Below, one piece after another: positions 8,673 to 19,470 of a stretch of DNA of 64,000 nt. The stretch comes from a candidate division FCPU426 bacterium (GTDB lineage: Bacteria > Oederibacteriota > Muellerivitia > Muellerivitales > Muellerivitaceae), in assembly GCA_963847625.1 (NCBI GenBank), contig CAWKAR010000027.1, forward strand, positions 257,707 through 321,706, in the 5' to 3' direction. The translations under genes were made by a program, and so were the position numbers. Every line of letters begins with the position of its first letter. Positions within the stretch are counted from its first letter, which is position 1. The notes under the pieces were generated by a model. The model saw only the letters and a list, made by a program, of their open reading frames with translations, was not told where the DNA came from and did not search any database.

Positions 8673-11117
8673 ATGAATTTACGGGAGGCCGCCTTGAAAC
8701 CACGTTTTCTTTTGGCTGCTCTTTTATCCTTCGCCTGTGTGACTGTCGCCCGGGCGGAACTGAAGCTGCCCGCGATTTTCGGGAACCACATGGTTCTCCA
8801 ACAGGGCAAGAGCGCGGTTTGGGGCAAGGCCGAACCGGGGAAAACCATCACGGTTTCCCTGGCGGGCCAGGAGGCTTCCGCGAAATCCGGCTCGAAAGGG
8901 AACTGGAAGGTTGAACTTCCTCCCCTAGAGGCGGGAGGTCCCTATGACCTGGTGGTTTCCGGCGACGGGGCGGTGACCTTGACCGATGTGCTGGTGGGCG
9001 ACGTGTGGCTCGCTTCCGGCCAGTCCAACATGGAATTCGCGATGAAAACCACCCACGACGCGGATGTCCAGATTCCCAAGGCGGATATCCCGCAAATCCG
9101 GTTTTTCACGCTTGATCATGCCACTTCCGCCGCCCCGGCGGACGACGTGAAAGGTTCCTGGAAAGTCTGTACGCCCGAAACCGTCAAGGATTTTTCAGCG
9201 GTGGCCTACCATTTCGGGAAGGATATCCGCGAGGCCCTGAAAATCCCCATCGGGCTCATCAAAAGCGCTTGGGGCGGAACCTCGGGTGAGTGCTGGGTGC
9301 CCCGCGACGCGCTGGACCGCGAACCCCGGTTCACGAAGCTCCTCAAGGATTGGGACAGTAACCAGGAACAGATCAAGGGCTGGACGGTCGGGTTGCCCTA
9401 TGAGCTCCAGCTATCCGACATCCGGCTCACCCCCAAGGACGAAAACGGCAAGGCAACGCCCATCCTTCTTGAAAAAGACAAAAAAGGCCTGGGGGGGAAC
9501 TGGAACTGCTCCGTGAACCCCGGTTCCACCGGGGCCTTCGCCGTCAAGGGCAAGCGCCCCGAGGGCGGGATCGCCGCGACCCTGTCAGGACTCATGAAGG
9601 GGATGGGCTGGATCACCCTCACCGGGTCCCTGAAGGCGGACAATTCCGCGGTGGACCTGGGCGAATACGGCTCCATCGAGTTTTACGCCAAGGGGAACGG
9701 GAAGTACCGCATGAAACTGGGCCAGGCCTCGATCGCGGATTACGATTATTACTCCACGGATATCTTCAACGCCCCGGCCGACTGGAAGCTCATGACTTAC
9801 CCCATTTCCTCGCTCAAACAGGGGGGATGGGGCCTGCCCAAAGCGTTCACCCCGGACGCGGTGCAGTCCCTGGTCTTCACGGTGGAGGTGCCCTACAACC
9901 CCGAGATCGCCTCGATCGTTTATAACGCCATGATCGCGCCCCTAACCTCCTTCGGGGTCAAAGGGGTGCTTTGGTACCAGGGGGAATCCAACGCGGGGCG
10001 AGCGTCCGATTACCAGGTTCTCCTTTCCACGCTCATCAAAAGCTGGCGTACGGCCTGGGGCAAGGACCTGCCCTTTTTCATCGTTCAACTGCCCAATTAC
10101 ATGGAACGCAAGTCCCAGCCCTCCGAGAGCTCCTGGGCGGAGCTCCGTGAGGCCCAGTTGAAGACCCTTTCGGTTCCGGGGACGGGGGTGGTGACCACCA
10201 TCGACCTGGGGGAGGCCGGCAACATCCACCCGAAAAACAAGACCGAGGTCGGCAGAAGGCTGTCCCTGGCGGCCCTGGGCCAGGTTTACAAAAAACCCGT
10301 GGTTTGCTTGGGCCCCCTGTTCGACAGCCTGACCGTCAAGGGCGAAAAAATGCTCCTGAAGTTCAAGGAAACCGGAAAGGGCCTTTCCACCCGGGACGGC
10401 CAACCTGTCACGGGCTTCGCGGTTTCCAACGAGGACGGTGAATTTTACTGGGCCAACGCGAAGATCACCGGCGAAAACACAATGGAAGTCTGGAACGATT
10501 CCGTGAAGAAGCCCGTGGAAGTGCGTTACGCTTGGGCCGACAATCCCGATTGCAATCTCATGAACGAGGACGGCCTTCCGGCATCGCCCTTCCGCTTCAG
10601 CACCGAGCCGGAAACAGCGGAAGGGGGTAAAGACTTCTTCGAAACCTGGAAATCGCTGGATCAAACCGGCGTCTACGTCGACTCGAAAGGCTCCACCATT
10701 TCGTTCTCGATGGAGAAAGGCCCTGAGAAGAGGCAAAAGGCCGTCAAACTTACTTTCACCCTTGATTCCGGAGGCTATTGCGGCCTATGGCACAACGCTT
10801 CCTACGACCTGTCCAAGGCCGGGGCGATCGTCTTCCAGGCCAAGACCACCCTGTCGGGCGAGGTCCAGGTGGCTTTGAAAGATAAATGGAACGTCCAGTA
10901 CGTCGCCAAGGTATCGGTGCCGTCGGAGAAGTGGACCGAGGTGAAGGTGCCCCTTTCCTCCTTCGTCAAGGACCCTTATTACACGCCGGATAACGCCGAG
11001 TTGGGGCACCCCATGGATTTGTCCAAAGTGAATGGCATGAATTTCGGCCCCCAGGCAACCGGAACGGGCGAAATGTGGGTAGGCCCGGTTTCAGTCGGGG
11101 AAGGTTCTTCCGAATAA
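8673..11117 (+). CDS. Secreted sialate-O-acetylesterase-family (SASA) esterase with two CBM11/CIA30-like domains
   Basis: Signal peptide, LASGQSNM, WYQGESN, IHPKNK, RYAWADNP. Confidence 0.9.
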   Translation: MNLREAALKPRFLLAALLSFACVTVARAELKLPAIFGNHMVLQQGKSAVWGKAEPGKTITVSLAGQEASAKSGSKGNWKVELPPLEAGGPYDLVVSGDGAVTLTDVLVGDVWLASGQSNMEFAMKTTHDADVQIPKADIPQIRFFTLDHATSAAPADDVKGSWKVCTPETVKDFSAVAYHFGKDIREALKIPIGLIKSAWGGTSGECWVPRDALDREPRFTKLLKDWDSNQEQIKGWTVGLPYELQLSDIRLTPKDENGKATPILLEKDKKGLGGNWNCSVNPGSTGAFAVKGKRPEGGIAATLSGLMKGMGWITLTGSLKADNSAVDLGEYGSIEFYAKGNGKYRMKLGQASIADYDYYSTDIFNAPADWKLMTYPISSLKQGGWGLPKAFTPDAVQSLVFTVEVPYNPEIASIVYNAMIAPLTSFGVKGVLWYQGESNAGRASDYQVLLSTLIKSWRTAWGKDLPFFIVQLPNYMERKSQPSESSWAELREAQLKTLSVPGTGVVTTIDLGEAGNIHPKNKTEVGRRLSLAALGQVYKKPVVCLGPLFDSLTVKGEKMLLKFKETGKGLSTRDGQPVTGFAVSNEDGEFYWANAKITGENTMEVWNDSVKKPVEVRYAWADNPDCNLMNEDGLPASPFRFSTEPETAEGGKDFFETWKSLDQTGVYVDSKGSTISFSMEKGPEKRQKAVKLTFTLDSGGYCGLWHNASYDLSKAGAIVFQAKTTLSGEVQVALKDKWNVQYVAKVSVPSEKWTEVKVPLSSFVKDPYYTPDNAELGHPMDLSKVNGMNFGPQATGTGEMWVGPVSVGEGSSE

Positions 11118-11187
11118 ACTTCCGAAGGGTCTTAAACTGATCAATTGGGTGTAGGTTTGACGGATATTGGTATAAGCGTTAAACTTT

Positions 11188-12867
11188 ATGATGGTTTTAT
11201 GTTTTAGACGCAGTCCTGTTTGGAAAGAAAGAATCAGGTTGCCTTTGAAAGCCCTTTCTCCTGAACCCTTCCGCATGGCGCGGTGTTTCAGCTTTTGGAT
11301 GGCTTGCTCATTCCTTTGTTTTGGCGTGCCTTCGATCGGTTGGCCCCAGACTCCAACCCCCACGTTGACTTCCACGGTTACGGCCGTTTTTACCCCGACC
11401 TCAACCAACACGGTTTGCCCCACCATTAACCTTTCTTCCTCAGGGCTGACCCTCACTTCCGGAACCTATAATTTTTGCGGGGTAACCATCTCCGGTACTA
11501 ACACCCCCAATACCAACCTGGTCGCCTTAGGGCCCATCACCATCAATGTCATAAGCGGTGATTTTGTCATGGCAGGAACCGCCTGGTTTACTATATTTGG
11601 GATGGTGACAGTCAATGTGACAAACGGAAGTTTTATCTTAGCCGGGAGTAATTTGGTGACGGGCGACGGCAGGGGATACGCGGGAGGAGCCATCGGCCAG
11701 TCTGGAATGGGCCCTGGCGGCGGCGGGGCGGGCAGTGCCAGCGCCGGCGGCGGCGGCGGGGGACACGGCGACTTTGGGGGAAATGGCGGTGGCGTCCTCA
11801 ATGGCGGGGCCATGTATGATTCCGGAATCATTCCATTCAATATGGGAAGCGGCGGTGGCGGAAGCGCGGCCGTTACCGGAGGCCCCGCCGGCTCCTATTT
11901 GGCTCTTAATGTTCCCAACGGGCAAGTCAGTATTGGGGCTAACTGCGGGATCATCCTCGTCGGGCTCGGCGGGGGCAGCGGCACCTCGGGCGGAGGTGGC
12001 GGGGCGGGTGGTGTCCTATATGTCCAAGCCGCGACCATCACAGGAGCGGGGGGTGTAGGGGCGCAGGGCGGCCCCGGGGGGACCGGTTCGGCAGGCGGCG
12101 GGGGAGGAGGAGGAGCCGGTGGAATCATCAATCTTTGCGCCTCCGTTGCCATGGGCTACAGCGGGAGTGTCAGTGTTCAAGGCGGCTCGGGCGGCTCAGG
12201 GACACCAGCCGGTTCGGCCGGAGGATTGGGAATGTATTACCATTGTTCCATTTCGGTTTTTCCAACCTACACAGCGACCAATACCCCGACGAATACCATC
12301 ACGAATACTCCGACAAACACCTCCACTTCTACGGCGACGCCGACGGCCACGCCGACCCCCACGATCACTGCCACCGCGTCTGATACCTTGACTCCCACGG
12401 ATACATCCACCTTTACGCCAACTAACACTCCAACCAATACACCCACAGCTTCACCTGCCAACACCCCAACCAACACGCCCACGAATACGCCCACAACCAC
12501 ACCAACCGTGACCTTCTCAGCCACGTTGACACCCACGCACGTCCCCATCCCGACTGCGACATCCAGCCCCACGGTGACGCCCAATACCGATCTGTACCTG
12601 GATCAAAATATATTCAACCCCGGTACGGGCCAGCCCCTGGGGCTGACGATCCGGGTGAATAGTCCTGGCCGGGTAAAAGTGATGGTTTTCAACCTCGCCG
12701 GCGAGGAAGTGAGGAAATTAATGGATGCATCCATGAACGCGGGAAACTTCCAGGCGTCCTGGGACGGGCGAAACTCAAGCGGCAATGTTGTCGGAAATGG
12801 GGTTTACTTCCTGGTCATCCAACAGCCTTCGGGCCAAATGGTCCGAAAAGTGATAGTTTTAAGATAA
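11188..12867 (+). CDS. Secreted Gly-rich protein with Thr/Pro stalk and C-terminal FlgD-Ig-like domain
   Basis: GGGG repeats, TPTNT repeats, WDGRN..GNGVY..RKVIVLR end. Start uncertain. Confidence 0.85.
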   Translation: MMVLCFRRSPVWKERIRLPLKALSPEPFRMARCFSFWMACSFLCFGVPSIGWPQTPTPTLTSTVTAVFTPTSTNTVCPTINLSSSGLTLTSGTYNFCGVTISGTNTPNTNLVALGPITINVISGDFVMAGTAWFTIFGMVTVNVTNGSFILAGSNLVTGDGRGYAGGAIGQSGMGPGGGGAGSASAGGGGGGHGDFGGNGGGVLNGGAMYDSGIIPFNMGSGGGGSAAVTGGPAGSYLALNVPNGQVSIGANCGIILVGLGGGSGTSGGGGGAGGVLYVQAATITGAGGVGAQGGPGGTGSAGGGGGGGAGGIINLCASVAMGYSGSVSVQGGSGGSGTPAGSAGGLGMYYHCSISVFPTYTATNTPTNTITNTPTNTSTSTATPTATPTPTITATASDTLTPTDTSTFTPTNTPTNTPTASPANTPTNTPTNTPTTTPTVTFSATLTPTHVPIPTATSSPTVTPNTDLYLDQNIFNPGTGQPLGLTIRVNSPGRVKVMVFNLAGEEVRKLMDASMNAGNFQASWDGRNSSGNVVGNGVYFLVIQQPSGQMVRKVIVLR

Positions 12868-13059
12868 AACCAAAGGGCCATAAAACGTGTGTTGGGCCCA
12901 CGTTCTACAGGTGATGAAGGGTCCTTCATCCGCCAAAAGCCTCATCTCTCTTCCCAAAAAACCAATAAAAGCCCCCTATTTTTAACCTAATTATTTTGAA
13001 ATAAATCGGTTTTCGGCCGTCTAGAGGGTGAGGAGATAAATACCCTTTAGGTACAGGCC

Positions 13060-14247
13060 ATGAAAAAAACCATTATTTTGATTTTATTAACCCTTTGTTC
13101 GGCCGCCCAGGCCCAGGTACCAGTTCTCAACACCGGTTGTTTCATCAAGAGCGGTGACGGGAACGATCAAATCGTGATGGACAATGGGGTTGCCGTCAAC
13201 CGGCAATCCCAGACAGTCACCGATCCGCAATGGGGCCCTTCGGCGGATCCGGGGAATAATTTCTGGATTTCCGACTCGGCAAGCGCCTCGGCCCCGAAAT
13301 ATCCTCCAACGACGATCGTCTTCAACCGGATCTTCACGGCACCCGCGAGCATCGTCAATTCGGGGGCATCGGTGACACTGAAATACGGGGCGGACGACCA
13401 GGCGATTTTCGTGCTGTCCAACAATCAAACTGCCGGGACGACTCTCACCAGTTGCATGCAACCCGCGGGATCAAAAGTCTGCCAAGGCGGGCAGTACGCG
13501 ATTTTTCCCGCCAGCCTTTTTTCGAGTACCGGCGTGAATACCATCATCATTTACCTCATCAACACGCAAAGCACGGGAATAGGGTCGGGTTTGTACGGGA
13601 ATACCGGCATTAATTACGAATTCTGCGTTTCGGCGCCCCTAAATCCGCCCTCCCCAAGCCCGACCCGCACAGCCACGAACACGCCCACCCCGGTGAAAAC
13701 CCCCACACCCACCTGGACAACCACCCCCACGAATACACCGACAAATACCTTGTCACCCACTCCCACGAGCACACCGACCGACACGCCGACCCCGTCCCCG
13801 ACGCCGACATCAACCTCCACCAACACGCCTACCCCGACGAACACTTTCACGCCGACGAATACCTTCACCCCCACACCCACGGAAACGCCGACCAGCACCC
13901 CCACCTCGACAGCCTCCGCCACATTCACCCCGACATTAACCTCCACGCCGATACCGCCTTGCAACGTGTTTTACATCTCGGAAAACAAATTCACCCCATC
14001 CCATGGAGCGGTATCGATTCGTGTTTCCATTTGCCAATATCCAGGCCCCTATTCTCTGATGATTTACAATCCAGCCGGGGAACACATCAAAACCCTGGAT
14101 GAACGGTATTTGGAAGCCCCGATTGACGTTTCCTACCATTGGGACGGCAAGAATAAATTCGGGAATCCCTGCGCGAGCGGCGTCTATATTTTTTACCTGG
14201 CCGAGCCTTTTGCGGTAAATATCAAAAGGGTTGTTCTCATAAAATAA
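13060..14247 (+). CDS. Secreted lectin-like protein with Thr/Pro stalk and FlgD-Ig-like C-terminal domain
   Basis: Signal [19 protein letters not shown] module, WDGKN..ASGVY..KRVVLIK. Confidence 0.85.
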   Translation: MKKTIILILLTLCSAAQAQVPVLNTGCFIKSGDGNDQIVMDNGVAVNRQSQTVTDPQWGPSADPGNNFWISDSASASAPKYPPTTIVFNRIFTAPASIVNSGASVTLKYGADDQAIFVLSNNQTAGTTLTSCMQPAGSKVCQGGQYAIFPASLFSSTGVNTIIIYLINTQSTGIGSGLYGNTGINYEFCVSAPLNPPSPSPTRTATNTPTPVKTPTPTWTTTPTNTPTNTLSPTPTSTPTDTPTPSPTPTSTSTNTPTPTNTFTPTNTFTPTPTETPTSTPTSTASATFTPTLTSTPIPPCNVFYISENKFTPSHGAVSIRVSICQYPGPYSLMIYNPAGEHIKTLDERYLEAPIDVSYHWDGKNKFGNPCASGVYIFYLAEPFAVNIKRVVLIK

Positions 14248-14335
14248 CATCTTCCGTTTTTTTGGTAATTTTCCCGCTCTTGAGGTTTTTTCCTTTAACA
14301 TGGATTAGAATGAACCGTGTTTAAAAGGGTAAACC

Positions 14336-16039
14336 ATGATTTGCTTCGGGAAGGAACTCATGCGCTCTTCACGTCAACGGCTATTTCACCAATGCGGGTT
14401 CAATCCTAAAAATTCCCATTGCGCCTTGGGGCCTGCCCGACGTATTTTCAGGTGTCTTCTCGCGCCGTTTCTCCTTACATCATTAATCCTGTTTGGGGGG
14501 CCTTCCTTGACATCCGCTGGTGAGCCGCCGATGTTCCAGCAACCCGTCATCCCGGGTTTCCATCCCGACCCCAGCATCGTAAAGGTCGGGAAGGACTTCT
14601 ACCTGGCCAACAGCTCCTTCGAGTATTTCCCCGGCATCCCCATTTTCCACAGCCGGGACCTGGTGCATTGGAAGCAACTCGGTTACGCTCTGACGCGGCC
14701 CAGCCAGCTCCCCTTGTCCGGCGCCAAAAGCGGGGGAGGCCTCTACGCGCCCACCCTGAGATACCACAAAGGAACCTTTTACCTGGTCGTCACCAACGTG
14801 GACGGGGGCGGCAACGCCATCTTCACCGCCAAGGACCCGGCCGGGCCCTGGTCCGAGCCGGTGTGGCTCCGGGATTACTACATCGACCCCTCGCTCTTTT
14901 TCGACGATGACGGAAAGGTGTATTACACGCGCCATGAGGACGGCGCGAAGGGCGGGATCATCCAGGCCCCGATCGACCCGGAGTCGGGGAAATTCCTGAC
15001 GCCCTTGAAGCCCATCTATAACGACCTGACCCAGGTCTGGAACGAGGGGCCGCACCTCTACAAAATGAAGGGCTTCTACTACCTGATGCTTTCCGAGGGC
15101 GGGACCTTTTCCAATCATGCGGTTTACATCGCTAGGAGCCACTCCCCATGGGGGCCGTTCGACCCCTGCCCCGGCAACCCCATCCTGACCGAGCGCCGAA
15201 ACCGGTCCAATCCCATCCAGGACACGGGCCACGCGGACCTGGTGGAGGCCTCCGAGGGAAATTGGTGGATGGTATTCCTGGGGACCCGGCCGGTGGACGG
15301 CCATCCCTCGCCCCTGGGAAGGGAAACCTTCCTGGCGCCCGTCAATTGGACCGCGGACGGTTGGCCCGTCGTGAATTCGGGGAAGGACATTTCGCTCCGC
15401 ATGCCTGTCCCCGACCTGCCGCGAGACCATGCCGCGCCGCCCCCTGGCCGGGACGACTTTCACCCGGAAAACCTGGGAGTGGATTGGGTTTTCCTGCGCA
15501 ACCCAGACCCCGCCACCTGGTCGCTGGAGGAGCATCCCGGGTATTTGCGGCTGAAGGGTTCCTCCGCCACCCTGGGGGACCAGCTTTCCCCCGCCTTCAT
15601 TGGAAGGCGCCAGGAGAGCTTCGGGGGCAAGATCACCACCCGCATGGATTTCGAACCTTCCAAGGAAGGGGAGGAAGCGGGGCTGGTCGTGCGCCTGGAC
15701 GAGGGCAACCACTTCGACCTCCTGGTGGGTTGGGTCCAAAAAAGGCTCCAAGTGTTCCTGCGCCAGACCTTGAACGGCGTGGGCATGGTGCTGAACCAAT
15801 CGGAAATCAAATCCGGCACGGTGGACCTGCAAATCAAGATCCGGCCCGACCAATACGAGTTCCTCTATTCCACCGACGGGAAAAATTTCACCTCCCTGGG
15901 CACGGGCTCTTCGGTGAACGTGTCCCCGGCCCGCCTGAACACCTTCACCGGCGCGGTTTTCGGCCTTTACGCCACGGGCAACGGGACCCCCTGCGGGGGT
16001 CCCGCCGATTTCGATTGGTTCCAATACGACCTTCAGTAA
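14336..16039 (+). CDS. GH43 beta-xylosidase/alpha-arabinofuranosidase
   Basis: PGFHPDPSI, SSFEYFPG, IDPSLF, EGPHLY, GHADLV, GRETFL; C-terminal ConA-like domain. Confidence 0.93.
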   Translation: MICFGKELMRSSRQRLFHQCGFNPKNSHCALGPARRIFRCLLAPFLLTSLILFGGPSLTSAGEPPMFQQPVIPGFHPDPSIVKVGKDFYLANSSFEYFPGIPIFHSRDLVHWKQLGYALTRPSQLPLSGAKSGGGLYAPTLRYHKGTFYLVVTNVDGGGNAIFTAKDPAGPWSEPVWLRDYYIDPSLFFDDDGKVYYTRHEDGAKGGIIQAPIDPESGKFLTPLKPIYNDLTQVWNEGPHLYKMKGFYYLMLSEGGTFSNHAVYIARSHSPWGPFDPCPGNPILTERRNRSNPIQDTGHADLVEASEGNWWMVFLGTRPVDGHPSPLGRETFLAPVNWTADGWPVVNSGKDISLRMPVPDLPRDHAAPPPGRDDFHPENLGVDWVFLRNPDPATWSLEEHPGYLRLKGSSATLGDQLSPAFIGRRQESFGGKITTRMDFEPSKEGEEAGLVVRLDEGNHFDLLVGWVQKRLQVFLRQTLNGVGMVLNQSEIKSGTVDLQIKIRPDQYEFLYSTDGKNFTSLGTGSSVNVSPARLNTFTGAVFGLYATGNGTPCGGPADFDWFQYDLQ

Positions 16040-16081
16040 ATTAAGATGACTATCTCTTCACGACACGTAAAGAAATTTATT

Positions 16082-16185
16082 TACCGCAGATAACGACCGA
16101 CGTGCTCCGCACGTGCCGATAACGGCTTATAGTTTAAGGCTTTCTCAACCTTATCGGCGTCCATCGGATTTGATCGGCGGTTCCA
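16082..16185. repeat. REP-like imperfect inverted repeat
   Basis: ACCGCAGAT..CCGATAA pairs with TTATCGG..ATCGGCGGT. Confidence 0.5.
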
Positions 16186-16387
16186 TGCCTTTTTGCTTTT
16201 TGGGCCTTAATGGTTAATCGGCACAATGACATATAAAACAAAGAAAAAGCGTTAAGCTTTTTCCAACCGAATGATTCCCCCCGATATTCTTTTTGACAGC
16301 CTTTCCTTTTAAAACCGATAATAGGCGCCTCATCCAGGATGATCGGACCCATTAAAACCATGCGCAAAATTTTTTCAGGAGGCTTTC

Positions 16388-18619
16388 ATGCGGACAGTAA
16401 ATATGAAACCGGTTTTAATTTTATCCGCCGCGATCCTGGCGGCCGCGGGAATCGCCATGGGCGCTAATTGGGAATCGGCGGCCCAAAAGAGGAAAGTCGA
16501 CCGTAAAATCAGCGAAGTGAACCAGGTTGTCCGTCACGGGCTATTCCAGGACAATTTGGAATCCCTGAGAAAATACCAGGTGCCCAGTTGGTACCGCGAC
16601 GCCAAGTTCGGCATTTTCATCCACTGGGGACTCTATTCGGTGCCGGCCTTCGCCAACGAATGGTACTCGCGGAATATGTACCAGCAGGGCGACGACGCCT
16701 TCAAGCACCACGTGGCCACCTACGGCCCCCAAACGAAATTCGGCTATAAGGACTTCATCCCCCAGTTCAAGGCGGAAAATTACGACCCGGACCATTGGGC
16801 CGAACTCTTCAAGGATGCCGGGGCCAGGTACGTGGTTCCCGTGGCCGAGCACCACGACGGTTTCGCCCTGTACGACTCGGACTTTTCCAAGTGGACCGCC
16901 AAAAAGATGGGCCCCAAGCGGGATGTCATCAGGGACCTGGGCAAGGCCGTGCGCAAGGCGGGGCTGGTCTTCGGGGTTTCCTCCCACAGGGCCGAGCACT
17001 GGTGGTTCATGAACGGCGGGATGAAGTTCGATTCCGACGTGAAGGATCCCCAGTACGCCGAGTTCTACGGCCCGGCAGAGCCGGACGACACCGTCCCCGA
17101 CGACAAGTACCTGCGCAATTGGCTGGCGCGTTCCTGCGAGCTGGTGGACAAGTACCATCCCCAGGTGATGTATTTCGACTGGTGGGTCGGCGAGAAACCG
17201 GTGTTCAAGCCCTACTTGGAGAAGTTCACGGCCTATTATTACGACCGGGCGGCCCAGAGGAAGAATTGGTCGGTCCTCAACACCAAGGATAAGGCCTATG
17301 TGCCGGGGACTTCCGTCATGGACGTGGAGAAGGGCAAGCTCACAGGCATCAATCCCGAGCCCTGGCAGACCGACACCACCATCAGCATGGGCTCCTGGGG
17401 TTACCTGAAGGACGACCATTTCAAGAAGGCCGACCTTTTAATCCGCAACTTGGTGGATATCGTCAGCAAGAACGGGAACCTGTTGTTGGACATCGGCCCG
17501 AAACCCGACGGCACCATCCCGAAAGAGGAGGAAGAGGTGCTTCTCGAGATGGGCCAGTGGTTGAAGGCGAACGGCGAGTCCATCTATGGCACCAGGCCCT
17601 GGGTGAACTTCGGCGAGGGTCCGACCCAGGAACAGGGTGGCAAATTCTCCGAGGGCGGCGATTACAAGGAAGGGGATATCCGCTACACGCTCAAGGGCAA
17701 CACCCTCTATATCATTTCGCTCCTGCCGCCGACCCATTCCATCAAGGCCGCAATGCTGGGCAAGAAAGCCTCGCCCTCCCTGGTGATTCAGGAAGTTTCA
17801 CTTCTGGGATCGGAGGAGAAGATCAAATGGGAAAGGAACGACCAAGCCCTGGTGCTTCCGAAACCCGCTAAAAAGGGAGCCATGCCGGTGGTTTATAAGG
17901 CGGTCCTGAAGGGGGCTTGCATGGGAGGAACCGCGGTTCAGGCCCATGGGCAGACCCTGACCGGGTCAGCCTCTTTCCAGAATTACGATGATACCGACCT
18001 GGTGAAATCCGTGACCCTTTCCGTTGACGGAAAAGAGGTTGCTTTCAAGGAGGTCACGGTCGCTCCCTCGTCCTCGGGCAAGGTGGAAATCAAAAGCGAA
18101 GTTCCCCAAGCGGGGATCTACCACGTGTCCGTGGAAACGGCCGATTTCCCGGCTTACGCGGCAAAGGTGGCCCTGCCCGCCATGGACCTTTCGGGGGAGT
18201 GGCTTTTCCACAAGGGGGACGACCCTACCTGGTCCAAACCCGACCTGGATGAGAAGGATTGGGAAAAAGTGAAACTTCCCGCCAGTTGGGAGGACCATTC
18301 CAATTACAAATGCGAACAATGTTTCGGCTGGTACCGGAAGAAGGTGGTGATTCCGGCGGAGTGGAAGGGGCATTCCCTGGTCATTCCCTTGGGGAAAATC
18401 GACGATGTGGATTTCAGCTACCTCAACGGCAAGGAAATCGGGCGCATGGGGAAATTACCGCCCAACTACGACACGGCCTGGAACAAGGAGCGGCATTATG
18501 AGGTGCCGGCGGGGTTGATCCATTTCGGCGGGGAAAACGTCATCGCCATCCGGAATTACAACGGCCCCGGCGGCGCGGGATTGTACGCGGGACCCTTGGG
18601 ACCCATCGAGGTTAAATAG
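16388..18619 (+). CDS. GH29 alpha-L-fucosidase with C-terminal jelly-roll domain
   Basis: DAKFGIFIHWG, EHHDGF, YFDWW, VSKNGNLLL. Confidence 0.93.
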   Translation: MRTVNMKPVLILSAAILAAAGIAMGANWESAAQKRKVDRKISEVNQVVRHGLFQDNLESLRKYQVPSWYRDAKFGIFIHWGLYSVPAFANEWYSRNMYQQGDDAFKHHVATYGPQTKFGYKDFIPQFKAENYDPDHWAELFKDAGARYVVPVAEHHDGFALYDSDFSKWTAKKMGPKRDVIRDLGKAVRKAGLVFGVSSHRAEHWWFMNGGMKFDSDVKDPQYAEFYGPAEPDDTVPDDKYLRNWLARSCELVDKYHPQVMYFDWWVGEKPVFKPYLEKFTAYYYDRAAQRKNWSVLNTKDKAYVPGTSVMDVEKGKLTGINPEPWQTDTTISMGSWGYLKDDHFKKADLLIRNLVDIVSKNGNLLLDIGPKPDGTIPKEEEEVLLEMGQWLKANGESIYGTRPWVNFGEGPTQEQGGKFSEGGDYKEGDIRYTLKGNTLYIISLLPPTHSIKAAMLGKKASPSLVIQEVSLLGSEEKIKWERNDQALVLPKPAKKGAMPVVYKAVLKGACMGGTAVQAHGQTLTGSASFQNYDDTDLVKSVTLSVDGKEVAFKEVTVAPSSSGKVEIKSEVPQAGIYHVSVETADFPAYAAKVALPAMDLSGEWLFHKGDDPTWSKPDLDEKDWEKVKLPASWEDHSNYKCEQCFGWYRKKVVIPAEWKGHSLVIPLGKIDDVDFSYLNGKEIGRMGKLPPNYDTAWNKERHYEVPAGLIHFGGENVIAIRNYNGPGGAGLYAGPLGPIEVK

Positions 18620-18757
18620 TAAAAACATTTAACACGGAGTCACACAGAGAACACAGGGAAATAAAGTTCAAAGGCGTGGATGGCAAATACCGAATAGCCT
18701 TTGAATTGGTCCGGGTTTAGATATAATCTTACTGGTAAGAATACTGGGAGGTGACCT

Positions 18758-19021
18758 ATGACCGTAGCAACTACAAAGCTTTCATCGAAGGGGCAGGTTG
18801 TTATACCTGAATCCATCCGGAAGAGCCTGCGTCTCAAAGAAGGCGACCAATTCGTTGTGGTTGGTCAGGGAGATTCAGTGATTTTCAAGACTATCTCTCC
18901 CCCCAATTTGGATCAATTAGAAGGCCTGTTGGCGAAGGTGCGGACACAGGCCCGTAAAGCCGGTCTGAGTCGGTCAGACGCAAAGGCCGCCATCGCTTGG
19001 GCCCGGTCCCGGCGGAAATGA
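18758..19021 (+). CDS. AbrB/MazE/SpoVT antitoxin
   Basis: LSSKGQVVIPESIR; overlaps the PIN gene. Confidence 0.9.
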   Translation: MTVATTKLSSKGQVVIPESIRKSLRLKEGDQFVVVGQGDSVIFKTISPPNLDQLEGLLAKVRTQARKAGLSRSDAKAAIAWARSRRK

Positions 19022-19416
19022 TTCGAGTCGTAATCGATACAAACGTTCTTGTTTCTGGAGTTTTTTGGAATGGGCCTCCAGCCCGTGTTTTGAGTGCTTG
19101 GCGAAAAAGGGTTTTTCATTGGCTAGTTTCTCCTGAAATTTTGGCAGAATACCAGAGGGCGCTTGGTAAATTGGCTAGTGATTTTCCAGCCGTTCCGATT
19201 GATCCTGTCCTTGAATTAATCAGACTGAATTGCGAACTGGTGAACGCCAAGCCTGTTAGAGGCATTTGCAAAGACCCGGATGATGATAAATTTATCGCGG
19301 CCGCACTGGCGGGAGGGGCTGAATTCATTGTCTCTGGTGATAAAGCTTTGTTGGATGTTGGGGTTTACCAAAATATAAAAATCATGAATCCGTCAAATTT
19401 CTTGAAAAACCAATGA
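19018..19416 (+). CDS. PIN-domain (VapC-like) toxin
   Basis: VIDTNVL, DPDDDKF, IVSGDKALL. Confidence 0.9.
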   Translation: MIRVVIDTNVLVSGVFWNGPPARVLSAWRKRVFHWLVSPEILAEYQRALGKLASDFPAVPIDPVLELIRLNCELVNAKPVRGICKDPDDDKFIAAALAGGAEFIVSGDKALLDVGVYQNIKIMNPSNFLKNQ

Positions 19417-19470
19417 GTTTGTTGTCCACGATTGGGACCTGTGGTGAAACGGATTTCAAAGGAGAAGAAA

